A stretch of 64,000 nt of DNA from Candidatus Binatia bacterium. GTDB taxonomy: Bacteria > Patescibacteriota > Patescibacteriia > SG8-24. Below are positions 57,701 to 64,000 of the stretch, piece after piece. Within the stretch, counting starts at the first letter, position 1; each line of letters begins with the position of its first letter. The position numbers were made by a program, and so were the translations under genes. The notes under the pieces are model-generated. The model was not told the origin of the DNA and ran no database searches. It was given only the letters and a program-made list of their open reading frames with translations. The DNA lies in NCBI GenBank assembly GCA_035495855.1, contig DATJFD010000076.1:7185-71184 (forward strand), read 5' to 3'.

Positions 57701-57768
57701 GAGTTGAGAATTGAGAGTTTAGAATTGAGGGACGTCTCTAAATTCTCAATTCTCATTTCTCAATTCTC
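57701..57768. repeat. heptamer-periodic inverted repeat (GAGAATT/GAGAGTT word family)
   Basis: Left arm GAGTT GAGAATT GAGAGTT TAGAATT GAGGGA. Right arm TCTCTAAATTCTCAATTCTCATTTCTCAATTCTC. Same word family as 53743-53807. Confidence 0.75.
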
Positions 57769-57779
57769 CGCATGCGCGG

Positions 57780-58154
57780 TCATCCCTCTTCTCCCACCGC
57801 GGAGCGGAAGTGGGCGAGCCGCGCGCCTTCCGGGACGAGCGAGATCGCGACGATGTCGATGCGGAAAGGACGGTGCGCGAGCCGTTTCGCCTGGAGGTAC
57901 GCCGCGGCGCAGGCGCGCAGATGCTCCCGCTTCTTCGCCGTGACCGCCTCCTCGGGCAGTCCGTAGCCCGCGCCGCGCCGCGTCTTCACCTCTACGAAAA
58001 CGATCTCGCCGCGGTCTTCCGCGACGAGATCGATCTCCCCGTAGGCCGAGCGCCAGCGGCGCTCGAGGATCCTGCAGCCGGCGGCAGCGAGGTGGCGGGC
58101 GGCGATGTCCTCGCCGCGCAGCCCCGTCTCGTCCCGGTCGGCATGCAGCGTCAT
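57780..58154 (-). CDS. yraN: YraN family (UPF0102) endonuclease-like protein
   Basis: Start re-picked at MTLHADRDETGLRGEDIAARHL (in an ATGA overlap with the upstream stop). GEIDLVAEDRGEIVFVEVKTR is the family signature. Confidence 0.8.
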   Translation of the reverse strand: MTLHADRDETGLRGEDIAARHLAAAGCRILERRWRSAYGEIDLVAEDRGEIVFVEVKTRRGAGYGLPEEAVTAKKREHLRACAAAYLQAKRLAHRPFRIDIVAISLVPEGARLAHFRSAVGEEG

Positions 58155-58576
58155 TTCTTCTTCGGCAGGTATTTCTCGATGCGATGCTTCTCGGCGTCCT
58201 CGCGCCGCAGCGACGGGTACTCCTGCACGGCGAAGGCGACGGCCCTGCCCGTCTGCCAGGCGAACAGCACGAGCGTGAGCAGGAACCACAGCCGGATGTT
58301 CAGGATCGGGACCTGCTCGAAGGCGCAGAACAGGCAGAGCAGGCCGAGCAGGCCGGCGGTCAGGAGCGGCCCCGCGAACCGCTTGAGCAGGTTCGAGAGG
58401 CGCGGGTCCTTCTTCTTCAGCGTGCGCGCGGCGATCCAGAGCGCCACCGAAGCGACGATGAACCAGGCGAAGAACGAGAAGATCCCGCCCACGAGCGAGG
58501 GCCCGAGCGGGACGGGATGGAGATTGAGCCAGTAGCGATAGTCGAGGAGCGGGGCGTAGCCGCGGAGGGAACCCAT
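58151..58576 (-). CDS. hypothetical membrane protein (4 TM)
   Basis: 141 aa with four hydrophobic helices and a basic C-terminus. Confidence 0.55.
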   Translation of the reverse strand: MGSLRGYAPLLDYRYWLNLHPVPLGPSLVGGIFSFFAWFIVASVALWIAARTLKKKDPRLSNLLKRFAGPLLTAGLLGLLCLFCAFEQVPILNIRLWFLLTLVLFAWQTGRAVAFAVQEYPSLRREDAEKHRIEKYLPKKK

Positions 58577-58718
58577 AGGCGCTCAAAAAAAATCATTGCC
58601 CTGAGGCACGAGTGGGCATTGTAGAGGAAGGCCGCGCGAACTTGCAAGCGGCGCGAAAAAAAAGACGAGGGCCGGACCCGGCCCCCGTCTCTCAATGCTC
58701 ATTTCTCATCGCTTCCGG

Positions 58719-59273
58719 TCACGGTTTCCGGTAGACGAACCCGTAGTGGTACGGGCCGGGCGCGATCTCCTTGAGGAGCTGCAGGCCCGCGTCGGTGCCG
58801 AGCTTCATGGCCGTCTCCGCGCTCACGCGGGTCTTCGGGTCGGGGCCGAACGTCGCGCCGGAGGGCTTCCAGTCGACGAGGACGAAGGTGCCGCCGGGCT
58901 TCACCATGCGGACGCATTCCTTCACCATCTCGCTCTGCTGTTTGGAAAGGTAGAGATTGTTGATGAGCAGGCCGATGTCGAGGACGCCGTCGGCGATCTT
59001 CACGCCGCCCACGCGCTCGAGGTCGCCCCAGACGGTCTCGATGTTGGTGACGCGCTCGATCTTGATCATGCTCTCGACGCCGTCGAGCACGGATTTCAGG
59101 ATATCGACGGCGTAGACCTTGCCGCCCGGCCCGACGAGCTTCGACGCGGCGAAGACGTAATGCCCGAGCGTGCCGCAGCCGAAATCCGCGACCTTCATGT
59201 CGGAGCGGATGCCCGCCTCTTCGAGGACCTTGAACGGATCGATGAGTTCCTTGCCGGTGGGGATGTAGGCCAT
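58719..59273 (-). CDS. class I SAM-dependent methyltransferase
   Basis: Motif I VADFGCGTLGHY, and post-I GKVYAVDI. Confidence 0.8.
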   Translation of the reverse strand: MAYIPTGKELIDPFKVLEEAGIRSDMKVADFGCGTLGHYVFAASKLVGPGGKVYAVDILKSVLDGVESMIKIERVTNIETVWGDLERVGGVKIADGVLDIGLLINNLYLSKQQSEMVKECVRMVKPGGTFVLVDWKPSGATFGPDPKTRVSAETAMKLGTDAGLQLLKEIAPGPYHYGFVYRKP

Positions 59274-59283
59274 AGGTCTGTCG

Positions 59284-59553
59284 TTAGGACTGAGGCTCGG
59301 GCGGCACGAACAGCTTGCCGACGCTGCCGATGAGGGCCGGGCCCAGCATGCCGGTGGCCATCATGATGCCGACCAGGCAGATGATCACGCCGAGGAGTTT
59401 GTAGAAAAGCCGCGTTCCCCCGTCCAGGCCCAGCTTCTCTTCGGCCCACTGGACCTTGCCGAAGTTCTGAAGGAACCACTCGCTCTTGATGACGAGGAGG
59501 ACGCCGATGAAAACGATGAACATGCCGCCGAGGACGCGTAGGACGGTGCGCAT
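59284..59553 (-). CDS. small membrane protein (2 TM)
   Basis: 89 aa. Segments VLGGMFIVFIGVLLVI and LLGVIICLVGIMMATGML. Confidence 0.5.
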   Translation of the reverse strand: MRTVLRVLGGMFIVFIGVLLVIKSEWFLQNFGKVQWAEEKLGLDGGTRLFYKLLGVIICLVGIMMATGMLGPALIGSVGKLFVPPEPQS

Positions 59554-59590
59554 AGTGACGGGTATGCCGCGGTGCGGCGGAAGGCGTTGG

Positions 59591-59667
59591 TGGTGGACGA
59601 TGTAGGGATCGAACCTACGACCTCCTCGGTGTAAACGAGGCGCTCTGACCAGCTGAGCTAATCGTCC
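59591..59667 (-). tRNA. tRNA-Val (anticodon UAC)
   Basis: Reverse complement is GGACGATTAGCTCAGCTGGTCAGAGCGCCTCGTTTACACCGAGGAGGTCGTAGGTTCGATCCCTACATCGTCCACCA. Anticodon loop is UU-UAC-AC. Confidence 0.9.
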
Positions 59668-59732
59668 GTAGGGTCTCCTTGTCCGTCTGTAAGTATAGCG
59701 GAGAAAGCGGTTGCGGGCAATTTCGAGCCTGA

Positions 59733-59759
59733 ACGAAAAAGACCCGGCCTTGCCGGGTC
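59733..59759 (-). terminator. rho-independent terminator after tRNA-Leu (minus strand)
   Basis: On the - strand: GACCCGGC aagg CCGGGTC TTTTTCGTT. Confidence 0.6.
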
Positions 59760-59767
59760 GCTTTCGT

Positions 59768-59854
59768 TGGTGCGGTCGGAGAGATTTGAACTCTCACGAG
59801 GTTGCCCCCGCCAGCCCCTCAAGCTGGTGCGTCTGCCAGTTTCGCCACGACCGC
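59768..59854 (-). tRNA. tRNA-Leu (anticodon GAG)
   Basis: Reverse complement is GCGGTCGTGGCGAAACTGGCAGACGCACCAGCTTGAGGGGCTGGCGGGGGCAACCTCGTGAGAGTTCAAATCTCTCCGACCGCACCA. Has a long variable arm and anticodon loop UU-GAG-GG. Confidence 0.9.
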
Positions 59855-59921
59855 ACGTGATTTCGTTGCCGCCCCAGCGTAACCGAAGATTTCCGGCTTG
59901 GCAAGGCCCCGCGGGCAGAGC

Positions 59922-60007
59922 GCGAAAGGGGTAAAGGAGTAAAGGGTGAAAGCGGGCTTGAACACGCCTTTCGCACTTTCGTCCTCTTCCCCTTTTCCCC
60001 TTTTTTT
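59922..60007. repeat. 8-nt-periodic inverted repeat (GTAAAGG word family)
   Basis: Left arm GCGAAAGG GGTAAAGG AGTAAAGG GTGAAAGC GGG. Right arm GCCTTTCG CACTTTCG TCCTCTTC CCCTTTTC CCC followed by T7. It abuts the stop of the lipid-kinase gene (60006). Confidence 0.7.
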
Positions 60008-60794
60008 AGGCGAACACCCGTTCCCGGCCCGTGATGACCTTGAGCCTGTCCGGCACGATCTCGATGGAAACGACGTTGTTGGAGAACTGGCGCCCGTCCG
60101 CCTCGACCTCGAAGGGCTCCTCGCTCGTGATGGAGAGCTTGCGCAACGGGATGACGGACCTGGAGCCCGGGCCGTTCTTGCGGAACATGCCCATGAACGC
60201 GCCCTGCCGGGGCATGATGAGCGCGTCGAGCCAGCCGTCCATCGGGTCGCCGACGGCATAGCCCTGCGGCGAGCCTTCGGCGCGCTCCCCCGCCCCTTCG
60301 GAGAGCCGGAGGTTGCTCACGACGACGTCGCAGTCGTTCGCGAGCGAGGTGATGCGGAACTTTCCTTCGCCTTCGATGGTGACGTTCGCGCCCGGCATGC
60401 GGACCTGCGACAGGAAAAGGTGGCCGTTGACCATGCCGAGGTCGATCTTCTGCGTAACGCGGCGCGAGAGGATGTCGCAGGCCTCCACGCCCTCGGGAAT
60501 GCCGAGCGAGCGCGCGATCTCGACCGGCGCGCCGACCGGGATGAAGCCCAGAGTGAGCCGCGCGTCGTCGAGGCCGCCGACCACCTTGGCGATGGTCTGG
60601 TCATTGCCGACGACCACGACCGTCTGCACGCCGCGGCGCACCTCGTCACGGATCAGGCCGCGCGCGTTGGTGAACGCCGTGAGCCGCCCGATCTTGCCGC
60701 TGATGCCGAGGTCGGTAAGACGCGTCTCCACCGAGGCGAGGACTCGTTCGTACTTCTTATCGGCCAGGAAGCTGTCGTAGAGGTAGTAATACAC
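60006..60794 (-). CDS. diacylglycerol/lipid kinase family protein (YegS/DagK-like)
   Basis: GTG start. N-terminal DAGK catalytic-domain pattern (VVVVGNDQTIAKVVGGL in place of GGDGT). 262 aa. Confidence 0.75.
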   Translation of the reverse strand: MYYYLYDSFLADKKYERVLASVETRLTDLGISGKIGRLTAFTNARGLIRDEVRRGVQTVVVVGNDQTIAKVVGGLDDARLTLGFIPVGAPVEIARSLGIPEGVEACDILSRRVTQKIDLGMVNGHLFLSQVRMPGANVTIEGEGKFRITSLANDCDVVVSNLRLSEGAGERAEGSPQGYAVGDPMDGWLDALIMPRQGAFMGMFRKNGPGSRSVIPLRKLSITSEEPFEVEADGRQFSNNVVSIEIVPDRLKVITGRERVFA

Positions 60795-60800
60795 GAACGT

Positions 60801-60872
60801 CAGCTGTTAGCTGTCGGCTGAGAAAAGCCGTCGGCGGCGCCTCTGAAAGCTGAGGGCTGAAAGCTAAAAGCT
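60801..60872. repeat. heptamer-periodic imperfect inverted repeat (AGCTGT / CTGAAAG words)
   Basis: Left arm CAGCTGT TAGCTGT CGGCTGA G.... Right arm CTGAAAG CTGAGGG CTGAAAG CTAAAAG CT. Lies between the bactofilin stop and the lipid-kinase start. Confidence 0.6.
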
Positions 60873-61349
60873 CTATCGCGTGATGAACGGCGCCATGATC
60901 TTCTCGACGGCGTCCTCCGTCTTCTTCTCCGCGACCGGCTGCTGCTCGGTCTTCGGACGCGGCTTGCGCTGCTCCTCGGCAGCGGCCTCGGCGCCCATGC
61001 TGATCTTGCCGTTGATGGTCGCGCCGCTCGCGACGACGAGGACCTTCGTGCGCACGTCGCCCTGGACGCGGGCAGTGGGCTCGAGCTCGAGGCGTTCGGC
61101 GACGACGAGGTTGCCGCGCACTTCGCCGGCCACCGTGGCGTTGGCCGCGTGGACGTCGGCCGCGATGCGCGCGCGTTCGCCGACGCGCAGGTCGCGCTCG
61201 GTCTTGAGGCTGCCTTCGACGACGCCCTCGATGAGGACGTTGCCCTGGCTCTGGAAGTCGCCTTCCAGTTTCACCGACGCGGCGATGACGGTCTCGGGTT
61301 CGTGAGCTGCTCCGGGTTCGCGGTTCGGCATAGCGTTCTTCTGAAACAT
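60873..61349 (-). CDS. bactofilin family cytoskeletal protein
   Basis: Start at MFQKNAMPNREPG; a later ATG at 61331 is possible. Beta-helix repeats of the form G.v.G.l.....l.v...a.v.g.v.a..v.v.G.v.G.v. Confidence 0.8.
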   Translation of the reverse strand: MFQKNAMPNREPGAAHEPETVIAASVKLEGDFQSQGNVLIEGVVEGSLKTERDLRVGERARIAADVHAANATVAGEVRGNLVVAERLELEPTARVQGDVRTKVLVVASGATINGKISMGAEAAAEEQRKPRPKTEQQPVAEKKTEDAVEKIMAPFITR

Positions 61350-61484
61350 ATGATTCAGGGCCGCGCGGCCGCGCGGCAGTGTGCGCAAAAATGAATACGC
61401 CTGCAGTATAACAACGAGAAAAGGGCTGTCAAAACGAAAAAAACGGGCTTCCATGTGGATGACGTTCGGGGAACGACTTCCTTA

Positions 61485-61568
61485 CGTTCTCCGTTTTCCG
61501 TTCACCGTTCACCGTTTTCGGTGGACCCGCCCTGAAAACCGGGAACGGCGAACGGAAAACGAAAAACC
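61485..61568. repeat. heptamer-periodic inverted repeat (CGTTTTC word family)
   Basis: Left arm CGTTCTC CGTTTTC CGTTCAC CGTTCAC CGTTTTC. Right arm GAAAACC GGGAACG GCGAACG GAAAACG AAAAACC. Same word family as 16131-16203. It abuts the histidine-kinase stop. Confidence 0.8.
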
Positions 61569-61570
61569 CC

Positions 61571-63238
61571 TCACGCCTCCGGTCGCAGGCACTTCGCCTT
61601 GGGCTGGCTCGGCAAGGTAACCGCCACGACGGTCCCCTCTCCCGGCGCGGAACGCTCGATCCAGACGTCGCCGCCCATGTTGCGCACGAAAATGGCGACG
61701 ATGTAGAGGCCGAGGCCGGTCCCCGTCTCGCGGGCCACGGCGACGTCCTTGGCGCGATAGAACTTCTGGAAGACGTTGGCCGCGGTCTCCGCGCTCATGC
61801 CGAGGCCCTGGTCCTCGACCGTGATCATCGCGCCCTTGGCCTTGGCCATCCTCTTGGCGCGCAGCGTGATGGTCCCCTTCGGCGAATATTTGATGGCGTT
61901 GTCGACGAGGTTGGTGAGGACCTCCTGCAGCTTCTCGCCGTCGACGTACGCCTCGAGCCCCTCGGAACCGGCGGCGTCGAACGCCAGCGCGAGACCTTTC
62001 TGCGAGGCCTTGAACGACATCTCCGTGACCGCGCGCTCCATGATCGGCGCGAGCTCGGTCGTCGCGCAGACGTAATCGATCTTGTTCTTCTCGATGCGCG
62101 TGACGTTGAGCATGTTGTTGATCATCTGCACGAGCCGCTCGTTCATGAGGCTCATGCTCTGGAGCTTCTCGCGGAGCGGGCCGTCGACCTTCCCGTACGC
62201 GCCCTCGAGCATGAGCGAGATGTAGCCCTTGATGACGGAGATCGGCGTGCGCAGCTGGTGCGATGCGATGGAGATGAACTCGCTCTTGAGCTGGTCCATC
62301 TCCTTGAGGTGCTCGTTGGCCTCCTCGAGCTTGAGGGTCAGGACGTGCAGCTCTTCGCGGCGGCGGACCTCGCTCGAGACGCTCTTCACGAGCAGCAGCG
62401 CGACGACGAGCGTGACGAGGAAGAGCAGGCCATGGTAGGCGAACTGGTCGACCGACTGCGCCTGGAAGATGTCCGTGAAGGAGATGAAGACCAGCGCCCC
62501 GGAAAAGAGCTCAGCCGCGATGACCTTCAGGTTCAGCAGGCCGTGGCGGAGGATCGCGTACATGGTGAGCACGACGAAGAAGGCGGTCGCCGCAGGCCCG
62601 ATCACGCTCGATTTCGTATAGTGGAAGACGAGCGGCAATACCAGGTTCGTGAACACGCCAGACACGACCACAAGGATCATGCCGAGGCACAGGAAGATGA
62701 TCTGCTTCTTCACGATCGGGTCCTGGGTCTTCTTGTAGGTGCTGACGAAATGACGGGCCGCGAGGCTGAAGTATAGGAGCAGTTGAACGAATAAGGCCGT
62801 GTAGAGCGGGCCGGGCGTGAAGTCCGTTCCCCAATCACGCAACGTGATCGATTCGATGTTGTAAGGCGTCGCGACGAGCAGCAGCGCGATGATGCTCGGC
62901 AGAAGGATCGCGAACGCCTTGGCGACGCTGATGTGCCCCGTTCTCGCAGGAAAATAGTAGGAGAAGATGAGGAAGGCCGCCGAAAGAAAGAACGGCCCGA
63001 TGATGGCCATGCGCGCCCAGAACAGGGCGACGTCATAGTCGCGGCTAACGTCCGCCATTGTCGATGAGAAGCTCCAGAAACCCGTGTTGAAGGCCACAAG
63101 AAAGAACAGCTGGTGGATCGCGCTGTCTTTCTTTTGCCACAGGACGGCCACGCCGATGAAGAAGGCGAAGGCTGCGGCCGAAAAGTTCACGATGGACGTG
63201 AACGTGACCTGCGTCGGAATGGCCAGAAATATTGACAT
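61571..63238 (-). CDS. sensor histidine kinase (polytopic N-terminal sensor domain)
   Basis: Start re-picked at MSIFLAIPTQVTF. About 8 TM helices. HisKA H-box FISIASHQLRTPIS. HATPase_c N, G1 and G2 boxes (LVDNAIKYSP, DQGLGM, GTGLGLYI). Confidence 0.85.
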   Translation of the reverse strand: MSIFLAIPTQVTFTSIVNFSAAAFAFFIGVAVLWQKKDSAIHQLFFLVAFNTGFWSFSSTMADVSRDYDVALFWARMAIIGPFFLSAAFLIFSYYFPARTGHISVAKAFAILLPSIIALLLVATPYNIESITLRDWGTDFTPGPLYTALFVQLLLYFSLAARHFVSTYKKTQDPIVKKQIIFLCLGMILVVVSGVFTNLVLPLVFHYTKSSVIGPAATAFFVVLTMYAILRHGLLNLKVIAAELFSGALVFISFTDIFQAQSVDQFAYHGLLFLVTLVVALLLVKSVSSEVRRREELHVLTLKLEEANEHLKEMDQLKSEFISIASHQLRTPISVIKGYISLMLEGAYGKVDGPLREKLQSMSLMNERLVQMINNMLNVTRIEKNKIDYVCATTELAPIMERAVTEMSFKASQKGLALAFDAAGSEGLEAYVDGEKLQEVLTNLVDNAIKYSPKGTITLRAKRMAKAKGAMITVEDQGLGMSAETAANVFQKFYRAKDVAVARETGTGLGLYIVAIFVRNMGGDVWIERSAPGEGTVVAVTLPSQPKAKCLRPEA

Positions 63239-63305
63239 TGTAGCGAAAAAATGCTTATATTGGCTCAGTCCTTTCACCCTCATCCTGCAAAAAAGGAGCC
63301 ATACC

Positions 63306-63878
63306 ATGAGCCAGAACGAGCCCGTTTGTGTCTCGACCGTTGCGGTCGAGGACCCCGCCGTGCGTGCAGCCCTGTGGGCCGTCTACGTGGCGGCCTTCGG
63401 CGACGCGGAGACCGCCTGCATCCAGGAGCAGCTCTGCTACTCGCGGGAGACGTTCGATGCTGCCCTCCTCGATCCCGATTACCGGAAGTTCGTGGCTATG
63501 GACGGCGCCGATCCGGTCGGCTTCTTCCTCTGCACCAACGACCTCGAGAAGGCGCGCGTCGCCTACGTGAATCCCAACCGGCTACGCAAGCAATTCCCCG
63601 AGTACGAGGGCCGGATCTGGTACTACACGGCGATCGCCGTGCGGCCGGACCGACAGGGGCGCCGGTTCACGGCGCCGCTCGTGGCCGCGGCGACCGCCTT
63701 CATGGACGAACAGGACGCGCTCGTCGCGTTCGATTACTCCCTGGAGAAGAACCCGATGCTGCCCGAGTTCCTCACCAGGGGCATGGAGGCGGCGCAGGCA
63801 AAGGCGGGCCTGAAGACGAGGACCTCGACGTTCGTGCCGCTGGGAGGCCAGCAGTACGGCGTCATCAAGCTGTCATAG
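63306..63878 (+). CDS. putative GNAT-family N-acetyltransferase
   Basis: ATG preceded by AAGGAG. 190 aa. AIAVRPDRQGRRFTAPLV resembles GNAT motif A (V.P..RG.G....L). Confidence 0.5.
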   Translation: MSQNEPVCVSTVAVEDPAVRAALWAVYVAAFGDAETACIQEQLCYSRETFDAALLDPDYRKFVAMDGADPVGFFLCTNDLEKARVAYVNPNRLRKQFPEYEGRIWYYTAIAVRPDRQGRRFTAPLVAAATAFMDEQDALVAFDYSLEKNPMLPEFLTRGMEAAQAKAGLKTRTSTFVPLGGQQYGVIKLS

Positions 63879-63885
63879 ACCGCGC

Positions 63886-63918
63886 GAGCGGGGACTTCGG
63901 TCCCCGCTCATTTTTTTT
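63886..63918 (+). terminator. rho-independent terminator
   Basis: GAGCGGGGAC ttcg GTCCCCGCTC A TTTTTTTT. Confidence 0.85.
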
Positions 63919-64000
63919 ATCGCTTGCCGCCCGCGAGCCCCGCGGCGGAGTGCACGGTCGGATACGGGAAGCCGTTGTAGTGCTCGTACGCGTTGGTGTA
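63917..64000 (-). CDS. C-terminal fragment of an unidentified gene (runs off window end)
   Basis: Reverse-strand frame is open to the window edge: ...YTNAYEHYNGFPYPTVHSAAGLAGGKR*. Only 27 codons are visible. Confidence 0.3.
   Translation of the reverse strand, partial: YTNAYEHYNGFPYPTVHSAAGLAGGKR

Overview
GC-rich bacterial chromosomal window. Nearly every real gene is mirrored by a long spurious antisense ORF. All calls were made by eye from the ORF track and sequence, with no searches run. Start codons were re-picked where the track over-extends. The gene content and the TrbC/VirB2-type pilin modules suggest a high-GC Patescibacteria/CPR-like organism, which is an inference.

Housekeeping genes: lemA, htpX, clpC, radA, recG, comF, rsmA, tsaC, a GalE-like epimerase, prfB with its classical +1 frameshift, groES-groEL, yidC, nusA, yraN, a bactofilin, a histidine kinase, and five tRNAs (Arg-GCG, Ser-GCU, Ser-UGA, Val-UAC, Leu-GAG).

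Two accessory loci stand out:
1. 8.4-14.1 kb, + strand: four tandem paralogues, each fusing a VirB2/TrbC-like pilin module to a different peptidoglycan-hydrolase-like domain (M15/VanY, SLT-like, and two NlpC/P60-like). They are preceded by a DsbA-like oxidoreductase, a Gly-rich heptad-repeat protein and a TolB-like protein.
2. 21.2-42.9 kb, - strand: a minimal type-IV-secretion-like operon. It holds a Ca-binding-repeat protein, a 3595-aa Cys-rich giant protein, a VirB6-like protein, two unknown proteins sharing a domain, PrgI/VirB3-like, VirB4 split by an in-frame TGA, a VirB8-like candidate and ComF. No relaxase, VirD4, VirB11 or integrase is visible.

Independently, at least 15 gene boundaries carry hairpins or arrays whose arms are tandem 7-8-nt units. 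These fall into several word families, and some run into coding sequence. A 157-nt element next to tRNA-Ser has terminal inverted repeats copied from the 3' end of that tRNA.
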